Shown here in pieces: positions 7,968 through 16,632 of a stretch of DNA of 64,000 bases (the first letter of the stretch is position 1; every line of letters begins with the position of its first letter). The notes below the pieces were generated by a model, which was not told where the DNA came from, did not search any database, and worked only from the letters and a program-made list of their open reading frames with translations. The position numbers and the translations under genes were made by a program. Source of the stretch: a virus; IMG/VR virus record IMGVR_UViG_3300035070_003385, positions 32,001 through 96,000 of that record; one strand, written 5' to 3'.

Positions 7968-10451
7968 ATGGCAACGTTTGAAGATCTTAAAATTGTATTA
8001 GACTCTATTGATATTAACATATCGCAGCAAGGTGCTATGTTATCTTCTATGGTGCAAATTGATAATCGGCAAGTTGATTTGCTTGCCGAACAAAATAGTA
8101 TGCTGCAGAAAATGTTATCGGCACAGGAAAGAGCAACAACCTTAGGGGATGCTAGTAGGGCGTCTGTAAGCCCACAGCCAATGGGTCAATCATCTTCGAG
8201 CGGATCCCCTGCAGCTGCGCCAAGCAATGCTAGTAAGGGTGGTTTTAGTCTTGGCAAAGGCCTTGGTATAGGTGCTGCCGGGATCGGCCTTGCAAAGGGG
8301 GCTAGCGGGTTAGCCATGATGGGTCTCGGCCTATCAGCATTTTTTGGTGGTTTAGTTGCTGGTGATGCTACTTTGGGTTGGCTTGAATCGATGGGAGCTA
8401 GTTTTAAATTCGACAATTTAAAATCTGCAGCATTGGGTTTTTCAGATATGATTGTTGGAATGGATCCCAAATCATTTATTGTTCTCGGCGGTATCATGGG
8501 TATATCTGCCATTGGTGGTAAGAAAGCTGCAATTGGATTAGGATCTATGGGATTTGCTATATCAGCATTTCTCGGCGGTCTTATGGCTGGAGATTTAATA
8601 TTTAGTGGTGTATCAGCTCTTGGCGGCGATATGAAATTTTCTTCTATGAAAGAAGTTATGTCAGGGTTCTCTGATATGATTTTAGAAATTGATCCTAAAG
8701 CCCTTGCAGTTCTTGGCGGTATTATGGGTATAAGTGCTTTAGCAGGTTTAAAGGGTGGTACGAGTGCTGCCGTTGGTTTAGGTGCTATGGGCGCAGGCAT
8801 TTCTGGTTTCTTAGGCGGATTGTTAGCCGGGGATCTATTATTCAGCGGCGTTTCTGCATTGGGTGGTGATATAAACTTTTCATCACTAAAAACAGTAATG
8901 GGCGGTTTCTCTGATGTAATTGGTGAATTGACGCCAGGCGCAATAACGGCTATGGTAGGTATACTTGGTGCTGCAACTGGAGCAGCTGTATTTGGGCGAG
9001 GATCTGGTGTAGCTGCAGCAACTCGAGTTGCCGGCACAATGACAGGAATTGGTGCAGGTATAGCAGGATTAATGCTTGGATTAGGTGTTGGCGGTGCTGG
9101 CCTAGACTGGCTCAATTCTGCAGTAGGGTTTTCAGGTGGTGGATTACCAACAGCTTTTAAAATGTTTAGTGATGCTATTGGCGAATTAACAATAGATGGA
9201 ACGGCGGCATTAGTAGGAATTTTAGGAGTTGGAGGTCTTGCAGCTGTATTTGGAAGCGGAACTGGTATAGGTGCGGCAACTCGAGTTACAACTATAATGG
9301 CCGGTATCGGTGCAGGTATATCCGGTTTAATGATAGGTCTTACAGCTGGCGACAAGACAATGTCTTGGATGAGCTCATTAAAATCAGGCAGTGGTGGATT
9401 AGTTAATGCGTTTAAAATGTTTAATGATTCTATCGGTGAATTAAATAACGAAAATTCTATTACTGCCCTCGTTGGAATACTAGGAGCTGGCGTAGGATTA
9501 GGAACACTCTTAGGAGTGGCTGGATCTCCAGCTGCTGCAGTAATGGCGGGTGTTGGTATATTTGCTATAATGACTGCTATCGGCGCAGGCATTTCTGGAT
9601 TAATGATAGGTCTTACGCTCGGAGATGTTGGCTTATCTTGGTTGGAAAAATTAAAAGGAAGTGGCGGCGGAGGATTAGTTAATGCATTTAAAATGTTTAG
9701 TAATTCTATTACTGCGATAACTCCAGACGCACTTAAAAGATTAACTGAAATTTCTAAATTAAACCTTGGATCTGGTATTAGCGATTTAGTATCAGCTGTT
9801 ACAAATTTTTTCGCAATAGATGTTAAAGAAGGCGTTGGCGACAGAGTAAGGGGGTTTTTCACTTCATTGTTTGGTGGAACAGTTGAAAAAGAAAGCATTA
9901 TATCAAAATTAATCAATGAATTTGAGCCATTAACTGGATCGAAAGGTAATGAATTAGTAACAGGAATGGAAAGATTTGCGATGGCGTTAGAACCATTGGC
10001 TAATGCGCTATCAACATTAAGTGGTATTGATCCAGGCTCTATTAATTTTAGAGAAATTTCTAAAAACTTGGCTGAAACTATTCCTATATTTAATCATCTA
10101 GCAAACGGTGGAGTTTACGATCCTTCGTGGATGCCTGGTAATGCTATTAATTTTGGAGATGGAATTTTAGATCCAAAACTAAAATTAGATGAAGTTACAA
10201 GTAAAATAGCCAGCGCAAGAAATGCGATAGTTGGAATTATAGATAATGAAACTATGCAAGCTTTAAATTTGGTTAGCTCTGGAGCTGGTGCTGCAACCGG
10301 CGGTAATCAAATTACACTTGCGCCAGTCACAGTATCCCCAACAACAAATAACAGTGTACAAGGCGGATCTTCAAGTACTGTAATAAATTCTATCGGAAAA
10401 GGTAATACGTCTGATTTGGATCAATTTGCACGCCCGGGCGGTGTGCATTAA
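7968..10451 (+). CDS. Tape-measure / gp29-like protein with Gly/Ala-rich hydrophobic repeats
   Basis: 827 aa following gp26-gp51; repeated GIGAGISGLM.GL..GD..LSWL...FKMF units. Confidence 0.7.
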   Translation: MATFEDLKIVLDSIDINISQQGAMLSSMVQIDNRQVDLLAEQNSMLQKMLSAQERATTLGDASRASVSPQPMGQSSSSGSPAAAPSNASKGGFSLGKGLGIGAAGIGLAKGASGLAMMGLGLSAFFGGLVAGDATLGWLESMGASFKFDNLKSAALGFSDMIVGMDPKSFIVLGGIMGISAIGGKKAAIGLGSMGFAISAFLGGLMAGDLIFSGVSALGGDMKFSSMKEVMSGFSDMILEIDPKALAVLGGIMGISALAGLKGGTSAAVGLGAMGAGISGFLGGLLAGDLLFSGVSALGGDINFSSLKTVMGGFSDVIGELTPGAITAMVGILGAATGAAVFGRGSGVAAATRVAGTMTGIGAGIAGLMLGLGVGGAGLDWLNSAVGFSGGGLPTAFKMFSDAIGELTIDGTAALVGILGVGGLAAVFGSGTGIGAATRVTTIMAGIGAGISGLMIGLTAGDKTMSWMSSLKSGSGGLVNAFKMFNDSIGELNNENSITALVGILGAGVGLGTLLGVAGSPAAAVMAGVGIFAIMTAIGAGISGLMIGLTLGDVGLSWLEKLKGSGGGGLVNAFKMFSNSITAITPDALKRLTEISKLNLGSGISDLVSAVTNFFAIDVKEGVGDRVRGFFTSLFGGTVEKESIISKLINEFEPLTGSKGNELVTGMERFAMALEPLANALSTLSGIDPGSINFREISKNLAETIPIFNHLANGGVYDPSWMPGNAINFGDGILDPKLKLDEVTSKIASARNAIVGIIDNETMQALNLVSSGAGAATGGNQITLAPVTVSPTTNNSVQGGSSSTVINSIGKGNTSDLDQFARPGGVH

Positions 10452-10478
10452 AAAAGGGGAGCAATAAGCTCCCCTTTT
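10452..10478. terminator. Bidirectional rho-independent terminator
   Basis: AAAAGGGGAGC-aataa-GCTCCCCTTTT between convergent gp29-like and hsp20 genes. Confidence 0.85.
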
Positions 10479-10483
10479 CAATT

Positions 10484-10927
10484 TTATTCCATAAGAAGTT
10501 CTGGACCTTTTGAAATAGGTATTTTCTTAGGCTTCTTTTCCTCAGGTATTACATTGTGTAGCTGCACTGTTAACATTCCTTGATTTAAGGAAACTCCAGT
10601 TACTTGCACTGTATCGGCAAGAGTAAACTTACGAACAAAGTTTCTTGCGGCAATGCCTTTATGCAAATAATTTGTTGAAGTATCTGATTCTTTAACATCT
10701 GCTTGGATGGTTAGGATACCATCGTGTAGCTCAATGTCAAAGTCATCTTCGTTAAAACCTGCGACGGCTACCTCAATAAGAAAGGTATCATCACTAGTTT
10801 TAATTAAATTGTAAGGTGGATAATTTGATATATTGGTCTGCGTATGATTTAGTTTATCAAGTATTGAGTCAAAACCAATAAAAAATGGATCGTTTAATAG
10901 ATCCGTGTTGAACCTACGAGTGTTCAT
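10484..10927 (-). CDS. Small heat-shock protein Hsp20 (IbpA-like)
   Basis: NYPPYNLIK...IEVAVAGF...YLHKGIAARNFVRKFTLAD...L.QGMLTV. Confidence 0.95.
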   Translation of the reverse strand: MNTRRFNTDLLNDPFFIGFDSILDKLNHTQTNISNYPPYNLIKTSDDTFLIEVAVAGFNEDDFDIELHDGILTIQADVKESDTSTNYLHKGIAARNFVRKFTLADTVQVTGVSLNQGMLTVQLHNVIPEEKKPKKIPISKGPELLME

Positions 10928-11012
10928 ATCGTTCTCCTTATATTAAGCGAGTATGTGAATTTGCCGTCAGTGACCGGCGATTAAAAAGTGGAGACCCAGG
11001 TGGCGCCTCCAC
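10928..11012 (-). promoter_or_regulatory. ROSE-like RNA thermometer in the hsp20 5'UTR
   Basis: Transcript reads CUCGCUU-AAUAU-AAGGAG, pairing UCGCU (bulged G) with the SD; two further hairpins lie upstream. Confidence 0.7.
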
Positions 11013-11015
11013 TTA

Positions 11016-11047
11016 TATTTATATAATACTTTTATTGTAAATGTCAA
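11016..11047 (-). promoter_or_regulatory. Overlapping sigma70-like (TTGACA) and late (TATAAATA) promoters for hsp20
   Basis: TGTCAA at 11042-11047 and TATTTATA at 11016-11023 on the + strand. Confidence 0.6.
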
Positions 11048-11074
11048 TAGCCAAATGAAAATTATTTTAGAAAA

Positions 11075-11293
11075 TTAATCTTTTTTAGAAACAAAAGAAT
11101 ACATTTCTTTAGCTTTTTCCATTAATTCTTCCATAGAATACATTTTGTAACTTTCTCTTATTTGTTCTGCGGTTTTTTTACCTTCATTCACCATGTTTTC
11201 AGCAAATTGAATATTCATATGGTATTGTTGGTCCATATATTCTTTTGCAAGCTGTAACATTTCTGCGCGGATTTCAAAAGGATTCTTATTCAT
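11075..11293 (-). CDS. Hypothetical protein
   Basis: 72 aa ORF (KNPFEIRAEMLQLAKEY), coupled to the upstream ORF. Confidence 0.7.
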   Translation of the reverse strand: MNKNPFEIRAEMLQLAKEYMDQQYHMNIQFAENMVNEGKKTAEQIRESYKMYSMEELMEKAKEMYSFVSKKD

Positions 11294-11502
11294 TGTTTGT
11301 CACCCTTTGCCAAGTTTTCGCCAGCAGCATTCTGAAAAGCAAAAAAAGTTTTCATTGCTTCTTTAGTAAATTCAGTTTGTAATTTGATAAAATCGTTAAG
11401 AGGTTTGGAAGTATTTTCGTCCTTGAACCATGTTTTTACAAATTCAGATTTTGAATTCTGAATTGTATCAATAAACATGTTTGTCATAAATTCGTTATTC
11501 AT
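11290..11502 (-). CDS. Hypothetical helical protein (possibly phasin-like)
   Basis: 70 aa with a GGAG SD; amphipathic helical pattern. Confidence 0.6.
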   Translation of the reverse strand: MNNEFMTNMFIDTIQNSKSEFVKTWFKDENTSKPLNDFIKLQTEFTKEAMKTFFAFQNAAGENLAKGDKQ

Positions 11503-11607
11503 TTTAGTTCTCCTGTGTGTGTTGTGTTTAAATTGAGCTTTTATATTAATAATATATCTGATTCTATATAAAATGTCAATATAATTTACGTGGATTTTTT
11601 AAAATAT

Positions 11608-12093
11608 TTACGCATCCTCTGCCACGTCATCGGATGGTAATTTTGTAATTTCTGAAATCGAATATGTTAGCATTTTCTCAAGCTGACCAAGAGCAATGTT
11701 TTCACCAGTTTCAATAACAGAAACACCGTCTGTAATATTTGTAATCATTACATGTAATTCTTCATTTAATCCAGATCTAATTAATTCAACACCATTTGAA
11801 AGTACCAAACCTTTTTCATTTGATACGTCAGGATCTGAATATAATTTTAATACGCAATCCGACGGAACATCAAATGTCAAACCAGTTGGTATTAAAATTC
11901 TTTGTTGTGGATATACTTGAACACATGTTTTTCCACGGTATATTTTTGTTGGTGTATAGGTTTTTTTGTTTAAAGGATTAATTAAACGTACTTTACTGTT
12001 TGGTTCAAAACATGCTTTTAAATTAAAAATTGCATTTTCAGGCCTATCAAAAACTGGCTTTATTGCATTTTTATTTGCTCGAAAAACTTTCAT
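11608..12093 (-). CDS. Trimeric dUTPase-like protein with degenerate catalytic motifs
   Basis: RILIPTGL..DVP...KGL.L.NG scaffold is present, but the RSG and G.IDxDY motifs are replaced. Confidence 0.7.
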   Translation of the reverse strand: MKVFRANKNAIKPVFDRPENAIFNLKACFEPNSKVRLINPLNKKTYTPTKIYRGKTCVQVYPQQRILIPTGLTFDVPSDCVLKLYSDPDVSNEKGLVLSNGVELIRSGLNEELHVMITNITDGVSVIETGENIALGQLEKMLTYSISEITKLPSDDVAEDA

Positions 12094-12109
12094 TATATAA
12101 TACTCCAGA

Positions 12110-12514
12110 TTATTTCTTTTTACCGATATTGTATTTAGGTTCCAGTTCCCAAGAACCTTTTTCTTTGTGCGATAATATTTTGATTTGACTTAAGGGGGCA
12201 ATCGGGGTTTCCGATTTCGCAGGATCTACAATTTCAAGAAGACCCCATTCTTCTAACAAATTAACAATAGTATTTCTTCTAGCACGGTCTTCTTCCGCGA
12301 ACGAATTTTCTTTACCGTCCAAAATAAAAAGTTCTTTAAAATGTACGATTGCATAAAAGCCTTGCTTGTGTAATATATGACAAGACTGATACAGTTTTTT
12401 TTCTTTTTTTGACGCTATCCCGATACGAGTCAAAGTTTCTTTTATTTTAAGAAAATTATCAGGATTTGGCAGTTTTAATTTTACTCCAACCCCTCTAAAC
12501 AAATCTCTTTCCAT
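12110..12514 (-). CDS. regA: Translational repressor RegA
   Basis: FLKIKETLTRIGIAS...LYQSCHILHKQG.Y.IVHFKELF. Confidence 0.96.
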   Translation of the reverse strand: MERDLFRGVGVKLKLPNPDNFLKIKETLTRIGIASKKEKKLYQSCHILHKQGFYAIVHFKELFILDGKENSFAEEDRARRNTIVNLLEEWGLLEIVDPAKSETPIAPLSQIKILSHKEKGSWELEPKYNIGKKK

Positions 12515-12583
12515 AATGAGTTCACCTTTATTTTTTTTATTATTGTGATAATGCTCTCATTTAGACCATCTGAATATTTATAA

Positions 12584-12979
12584 TTATCCGCCTTTCTCTA
12601 ATTTTGTATGGATTGTTTTCAAATTTTCTTTAGTTAAAGTTTTAAGATACATTTTTGCGACTGTTCTATTTACTAAATATGTTTGCTGTATTACATCCAA
12701 GTCTTTATTCTTTTCAGCTTTATGCCATTTAGAAAATCGATTGCGTGGGCGTAGCATTCCTAAATAGTATCTATATTGAGCATCTTCAAATAAATGATGG
12801 CGCATATTCAATTCGTTTGCATGAAGAATAGTATCTTCAAAATATGAAAATCCGCGATTAATAATAAATGCATTATATTGTTTTTCAGTCTGTTGCGGGT
12901 AGTCAGAATCTAAAATTAAATCCTTTTTACTGTGTGAAACTGATTTAATAAAATCAAATGGAGTCAAATCCTTGGCCAT
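12584..12979 (-). CDS. gp62: Clamp loader small subunit gp62
   Basis: YNAFIINRGFSYFEDTILHANELN...RPRNRFSKW; synteny. Confidence 0.88.
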   Translation of the reverse strand: MAKDLTPFDFIKSVSHSKKDLILDSDYPQQTEKQYNAFIINRGFSYFEDTILHANELNMRHHLFEDAQYRYYLGMLRPRNRFSKWHKAEKNKDLDVIQQTYLVNRTVAKMYLKTLTKENLKTIHTKLEKGG

Positions 12980-13151
12980 ACGCCCTATCCTTTAAATCTG
13001 CGAGTTCATCAAAAGTTTTTGAACATTCACCACACATAGTCGCGGTATGTACACCATCAGCCGATGAATATTGAAGAGTGAAAGAATTATCGGCTGATAA
13101 ATTTACCTTACAGAAAAAACATTCTTTTACCTTTTTCTTTAGAAATTTCAC
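12954..13151 (-). CDS. Small CxxC-CxxC zinc-finger-like protein
   Basis: CFFC ... CGEC; lies between gp44 and gp62. Confidence 0.6.
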   Translation of the reverse strand: MKFLKKKVKECFFCKVNLSADNSFTLQYSSADGVHTATMCGECSKTFDELADLKDRAYGQGFDSI

Positions 13152-14101
13152 TTGTAACTCGATTCAAACATTACTTCAGTTAAAAACGCAATCATATTAA
13201 TTTCTGTATCCGCAACAAAATGAGCTTTATACATATAATCAGCAAGTGTTACAATAAATCCTGGTAAACTTTTAAGTTCAACTTTATTCGTTGCGGTATC
13301 ATATATGTGGCGAAACATTTCGTTAGTATCTTGGTCACTGTTGTCCGCGCACCACTTACGCATTCCAGTAAAATTTTTTTCTTTTAACATAATGAACAGC
13401 TGTTCAATAGATTCTTCCTTTAGGTTTGTAAAAATACCTTCATCAATACGACCAGACGCAGCATATGTTTGAAGCTCAGTAAGCACGCGTCGGAAATCCG
13501 GAAAATGCTTTTCAATTACCTTTGCAACAACTGTTTTATCGTGATTAATGTTTTCTTGTTCTAAAATAGAAAGAACACGTTTATAGAATTGCGCTGCCAT
13601 TTTTGGCCTGTCGCTTTTTTCGATAGAAAAGTCTATTTCTGATAAACGAGAACGGAGTGGTTCAATAATACGATTTTTAAAATTACACGTAAAAATAAAT
13701 CCGCAATTCTTGGAATATTCTTCAATAAAATTGCGAAGAGCTGGCTGGACAGTTGTGGCGTTTAGATAATCAGCCTCGTCAAGAATAACAAATTTACGTC
13801 CACCCGTAAAAGATACAGATGAAGCAAATGTAGAAATTTCATATCGAAGAGTATCGATACTTACGTTTAATGATCCGTTCTTTACGATATAGTCACAACC
13901 TAGTTCGTTCAGCATTGCTTTTGCAACAGTTGTTTTACCCATACCTGGTCCGCCAGTGAGTAATAGGTTTGGCATATTATCGTCAGCAACAAACTTTTTA
14001 AAAATGTCTTTTGTTTTTTGTGGAAGAATTGTTTCTTCAATTGTATTTGGGCGATACCCTTCGACCCAAAGTACTTCATCAGCTTTTTTGTTCAGTGTCA
14101 T
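13148..14101 (-). CDS. gp44: Clamp loader large subunit gp44
   Basis: LWVEGYRP, Walker A GGPGMGKTT, DEAD, IIEPLRSR, FPDFRR. Confidence 0.96.
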   Translation of the reverse strand: MTLNKKADEVLWVEGYRPNTIEETILPQKTKDIFKKFVADDNMPNLLLTGGPGMGKTTVAKAMLNELGCDYIVKNGSLNVSIDTLRYEISTFASSVSFTGGRKFVILDEADYLNATTVQPALRNFIEEYSKNCGFIFTCNFKNRIIEPLRSRLSEIDFSIEKSDRPKMAAQFYKRVLSILEQENINHDKTVVAKVIEKHFPDFRRVLTELQTYAASGRIDEGIFTNLKEESIEQLFIMLKEKNFTGMRKWCADNSDQDTNEMFRHIYDTATNKVELKSLPGFIVTLADYMYKAHFVADTEINMIAFLTEVMFESSYK

Positions 14102-14200
14102 TCATAACCTCAAGAAATTTCATAATGTAAAATCAAGGCTGTTCAATTAAGAACTACCTTGATTTATATAATATACCACTTTCACCAGTTTGTATATAGT

Positions 14201-14386
14201 TTATTTTGTTTTTGGATTGTCTGAAACATTATTGGTTTCTTGCTTTGCATAAGAATCTAACTTATCTCGGATTGCTCCGACAGCTGACAATTCACTACCT
14301 TCGATAGCTCCTCTTTTTACACAAATGTCAATAATTGCAATAACGTTATTAATATCCTGTGGTGTAATTTCAATCTTATCTGCCAT
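14201..14386 (-). CDS. Hypothetical protein
   Basis: 61 aa, coupled to the gp45 stop. Confidence 0.65.
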   Translation of the reverse strand: MADKIEITPQDINNVIAIIDICVKRGAIEGSELSAVGAIRDKLDSYAKQETNNVSDNPKTK

Positions 14387-15054
14387 TATTCACCTTTTTC
14401 ATATGTTGATTTTGTATCAATGCCAACATAATAAGATACATCAGCTCCTTTAAAATATGAAATTCCTTTAGCGCACAAAGTTATTTCATAATCCTGAGGT
14501 AGCAATTTGAGATTGTCGGTTTTAATGATAATAGTAAACTTATCATTTGTTGTGCCAATTTCAATACCATATGCATCGGCTGTTGGATTTTTACTATCAA
14601 TTGCTCGAAGAAAACATTTCCCATCTTCGCCAACAAACGCAATTTCCTCAAACTGTAAAACTCCAGCTGCTTTTAATACGGATTGGAAATCATCCCATAT
14701 AACATTTACCTTTACATCCTCAGAAGGAATAGATAATTCTTTTTCTGGTGGGGCAATAACCATAGATGGATCTGCATAGACGTATTTTGTTTTTTTCTTA
14801 TTTCCTTCAGAAATAGTAAAAAATTTATCGTTAAATTGAATATCCGGATCTTGGTGAAGGCTTAAAATTGAAAGGAATCTTGAAAGATCATAAACAACAG
14901 CTTGAGATGGAATTTCGTCTTCAAGATTTGCGATTGCGATTAAGGTTTTTTCGGGTGTTACAGTTTTCAATACATTGCCTGGCTTCATAATAATTGATTT
15001 ATTAATTGTTGCAAAGCTTTTGAGAATAGTTAAAGTACGGTCAGATAGTTTCAT
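14386..15054 (-). CDS. gp45: Sliding clamp gp45
   Basis: MKLSDRTLTILKSFATINKSI...YDLSRFLS...NLKLLPQDY; start placed at 15054 after an AGGAG SD. Confidence 0.95.
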   Translation of the reverse strand: MKLSDRTLTILKSFATINKSIIMKPGNVLKTVTPEKTLIAIANLEDEIPSQAVVYDLSRFLSILSLHQDPDIQFNDKFFTISEGNKKKTKYVYADPSMVIAPPEKELSIPSEDVKVNVIWDDFQSVLKAAGVLQFEEIAFVGEDGKCFLRAIDSKNPTADAYGIEIGTTNDKFTIIIKTDNLKLLPQDYEITLCAKGISYFKGADVSYYVGIDTKSTYEKGE

Positions 15055-15085
15055 TATATAGTTTCTCCTGGTTGTCATTAATATA

Positions 15086-15114
15086 ATTATAACATAATAG
15101 TTTTAAAATGTCAA
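15086..15114 (-). promoter_or_regulatory. sigma70-like early promoter for gp45-gp44
   Basis: TTGACA-17-TATAAT. Confidence 0.75.
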
Positions 15115-15119
15115 TCATT

Positions 15120-15995
15120 TTATGGTCTAAAAGCTCGTTTTGTTTTTTTATAATTTTTAGGGTTAGAACTTTTTGAAGCTGTAGGAGTCATACCCAATGT
15201 GCTTACGGCACCTAAAGATCCTTTAAATATATAACTTCCTACATGTTGCAATTCCATCCATGGACACATATGCAATTTGATTCCAATTTTTGTAGCATTC
15301 CTACAAAAGAAATAATCTTCTGATAAATATCTTTTTGAATTTGGGTCTATTTCGCAATCAAAAAAAGCTGTAATTTCGTGAGTTCCGTCAAAGTTTTTTG
15401 TTCTTACATGGTCTGGAATATATTTAAGTTCTGGATATGCTTCTGAGTATTTTTCCAATACTTCACGTGGTATTAACATAAATCCTGTTCCTGCTTCGCT
15501 TACTGCAACAGGTTCGTTTATTTTAAATGATTTTACACCTTCCGCCATATTAAAAACGTAATCGCCAGCATAATAGTCAAGGTCAAACGGATTTTCATCA
15601 GCCTTTCCTAACTCAACTGCAGTCTTAATTTTTTCCCATGCAATAGTCTTTTTAGGATATGGCCCTGTCATAATATCGTAGTTTTCTGGTTGCATTGTTT
15701 GAATTCCTAATAACGTTAATACGTCATTAGCTTTAAATCCAATATCTGAATCAATAAACATCAAGTGGGTGCAATCCGAGCGAAGAAATTCATCTGCTAC
15801 GTAATTTCTTGCACGCTGAACTAAGCTTTCATTAAACAAATAATAAAACTTAAGCTCAATTCCGTATTTTGCACACATTGCCGAAAGATCGTTAGTCGAT
15901 TTACAAAACGACCCTGCGCATTGACCACCGTACATTGGTGCTCCAATAAATAATTTGTATTTTTGCAAATGTTCTGTTGTAATTTGGATATCCAT
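15120..15995 (-). CDS. Putative GT-A fold glycosyltransferase-like protein
   Basis: IGAPMYGG...SLVQRARN...HLMFIDSDIGF (DxD)...GTGFMLI...SEDYFFC. Confidence 0.65.
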   Translation of the reverse strand: MDIQITTEHLQKYKLFIGAPMYGGQCAGSFCKSTNDLSAMCAKYGIELKFYYLFNESLVQRARNYVADEFLRSDCTHLMFIDSDIGFKANDVLTLLGIQTMQPENYDIMTGPYPKKTIAWEKIKTAVELGKADENPFDLDYYAGDYVFNMAEGVKSFKINEPVAVSEAGTGFMLIPREVLEKYSEAYPELKYIPDHVRTKNFDGTHEITAFFDCEIDPNSKRYLSEDYFFCRNATKIGIKLHMCPWMELQHVGSYIFKGSLGAVSTLGMTPTASKSSNPKNYKKTKRAFRP

Positions 15996-16005
15996 AATAT
16001 ATTCC

Positions 16006-16632
16006 TTAAAGTAATTCTAAATCGTTTTCTGCACGATGTATTTGTTGAAATCTAATTACGTCAGCAAGAATATCCCAGGCACTATCGTGTTTTTTAAAGT
16101 TTTTATTCCAAGTATTTTCATCGATCATTGGAATAAAACCGTTTTGTTTTGGGAAGTTTAGCTTTGCATCAATATAAGTACGAGTATCGCGAACTTTCCA
16201 ATATTTAAGGTATTCCTCGAGATGAAGCAATTTATCTTCAGCTTCAAAAATACGAGAAAGAATGATTGGGTCAAACGTATTAGAACGGCTCCACCAATAA
16301 TCTATTTTTGGAGAATCAATTAAAAACTCATGAAAGCTTTTTACGAATTCTTTAACTGTTAGATCTGATTTTTTCGGAGAAACATTTGCACGGACCTCAG
16401 GATCTTGCTCTTCCCAAAATTGCAAAGTACTTTTATCAATTTCCCACCCATAGTTTTTAACCTGGTCAGCAACCGAAAGCTTAAACTTTTTTGTTTCGGT
16501 TATACTATTAAGTGTATATGGATTTGACAAAAAGCGATCCATATTAAATACCATTACAGAACAATCTACGATAGCGCACTTTGATGCGTCCTTACCCATA
16601 GTTTCAAAATCAATAATAAAGTGATTACTCAT
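16006..16632 (-). CDS. dexA: DEDD 3'-5' exonuclease (DexA-like)
   Basis: HFIIDFETMG, WSRSNTFDPIIL, W.VRDTRTY, HDSAWDILAD. Confidence 0.8.
   Translation of the reverse strand: MSNHFIIDFETMGKDASKCAIVDCSVMVFNMDRFLSNPYTLNSITETKKFKLSVADQVKNYGWEIDKSTLQFWEEQDPEVRANVSPKKSDLTVKEFVKSFHEFLIDSPKIDYWWSRSNTFDPIILSRIFEAEDKLLHLEEYLKYWKVRDTRTYIDAKLNFPKQNGFIPMIDENTWNKNFKKHDSAWDILADVIRFQQIHRAENDLELL

Noticed and set aside
8186-9916. 576-aa ORF on the - strand
   Set aside because: Antisense shadow of the Gly/Ala-rich tape-measure gene; Pro/Ile/Ala composition mirrors the sense codons; no SD or promoter
10983-11012. Hairpin plus T-tract upstream of hsp20 as a stand-alone terminator
   Set aside because: It lies just downstream of the hsp20 promoter, so it is more simply read as the first hairpin of the 5'UTR; a terminator role for read-through from upstream genes is not excluded
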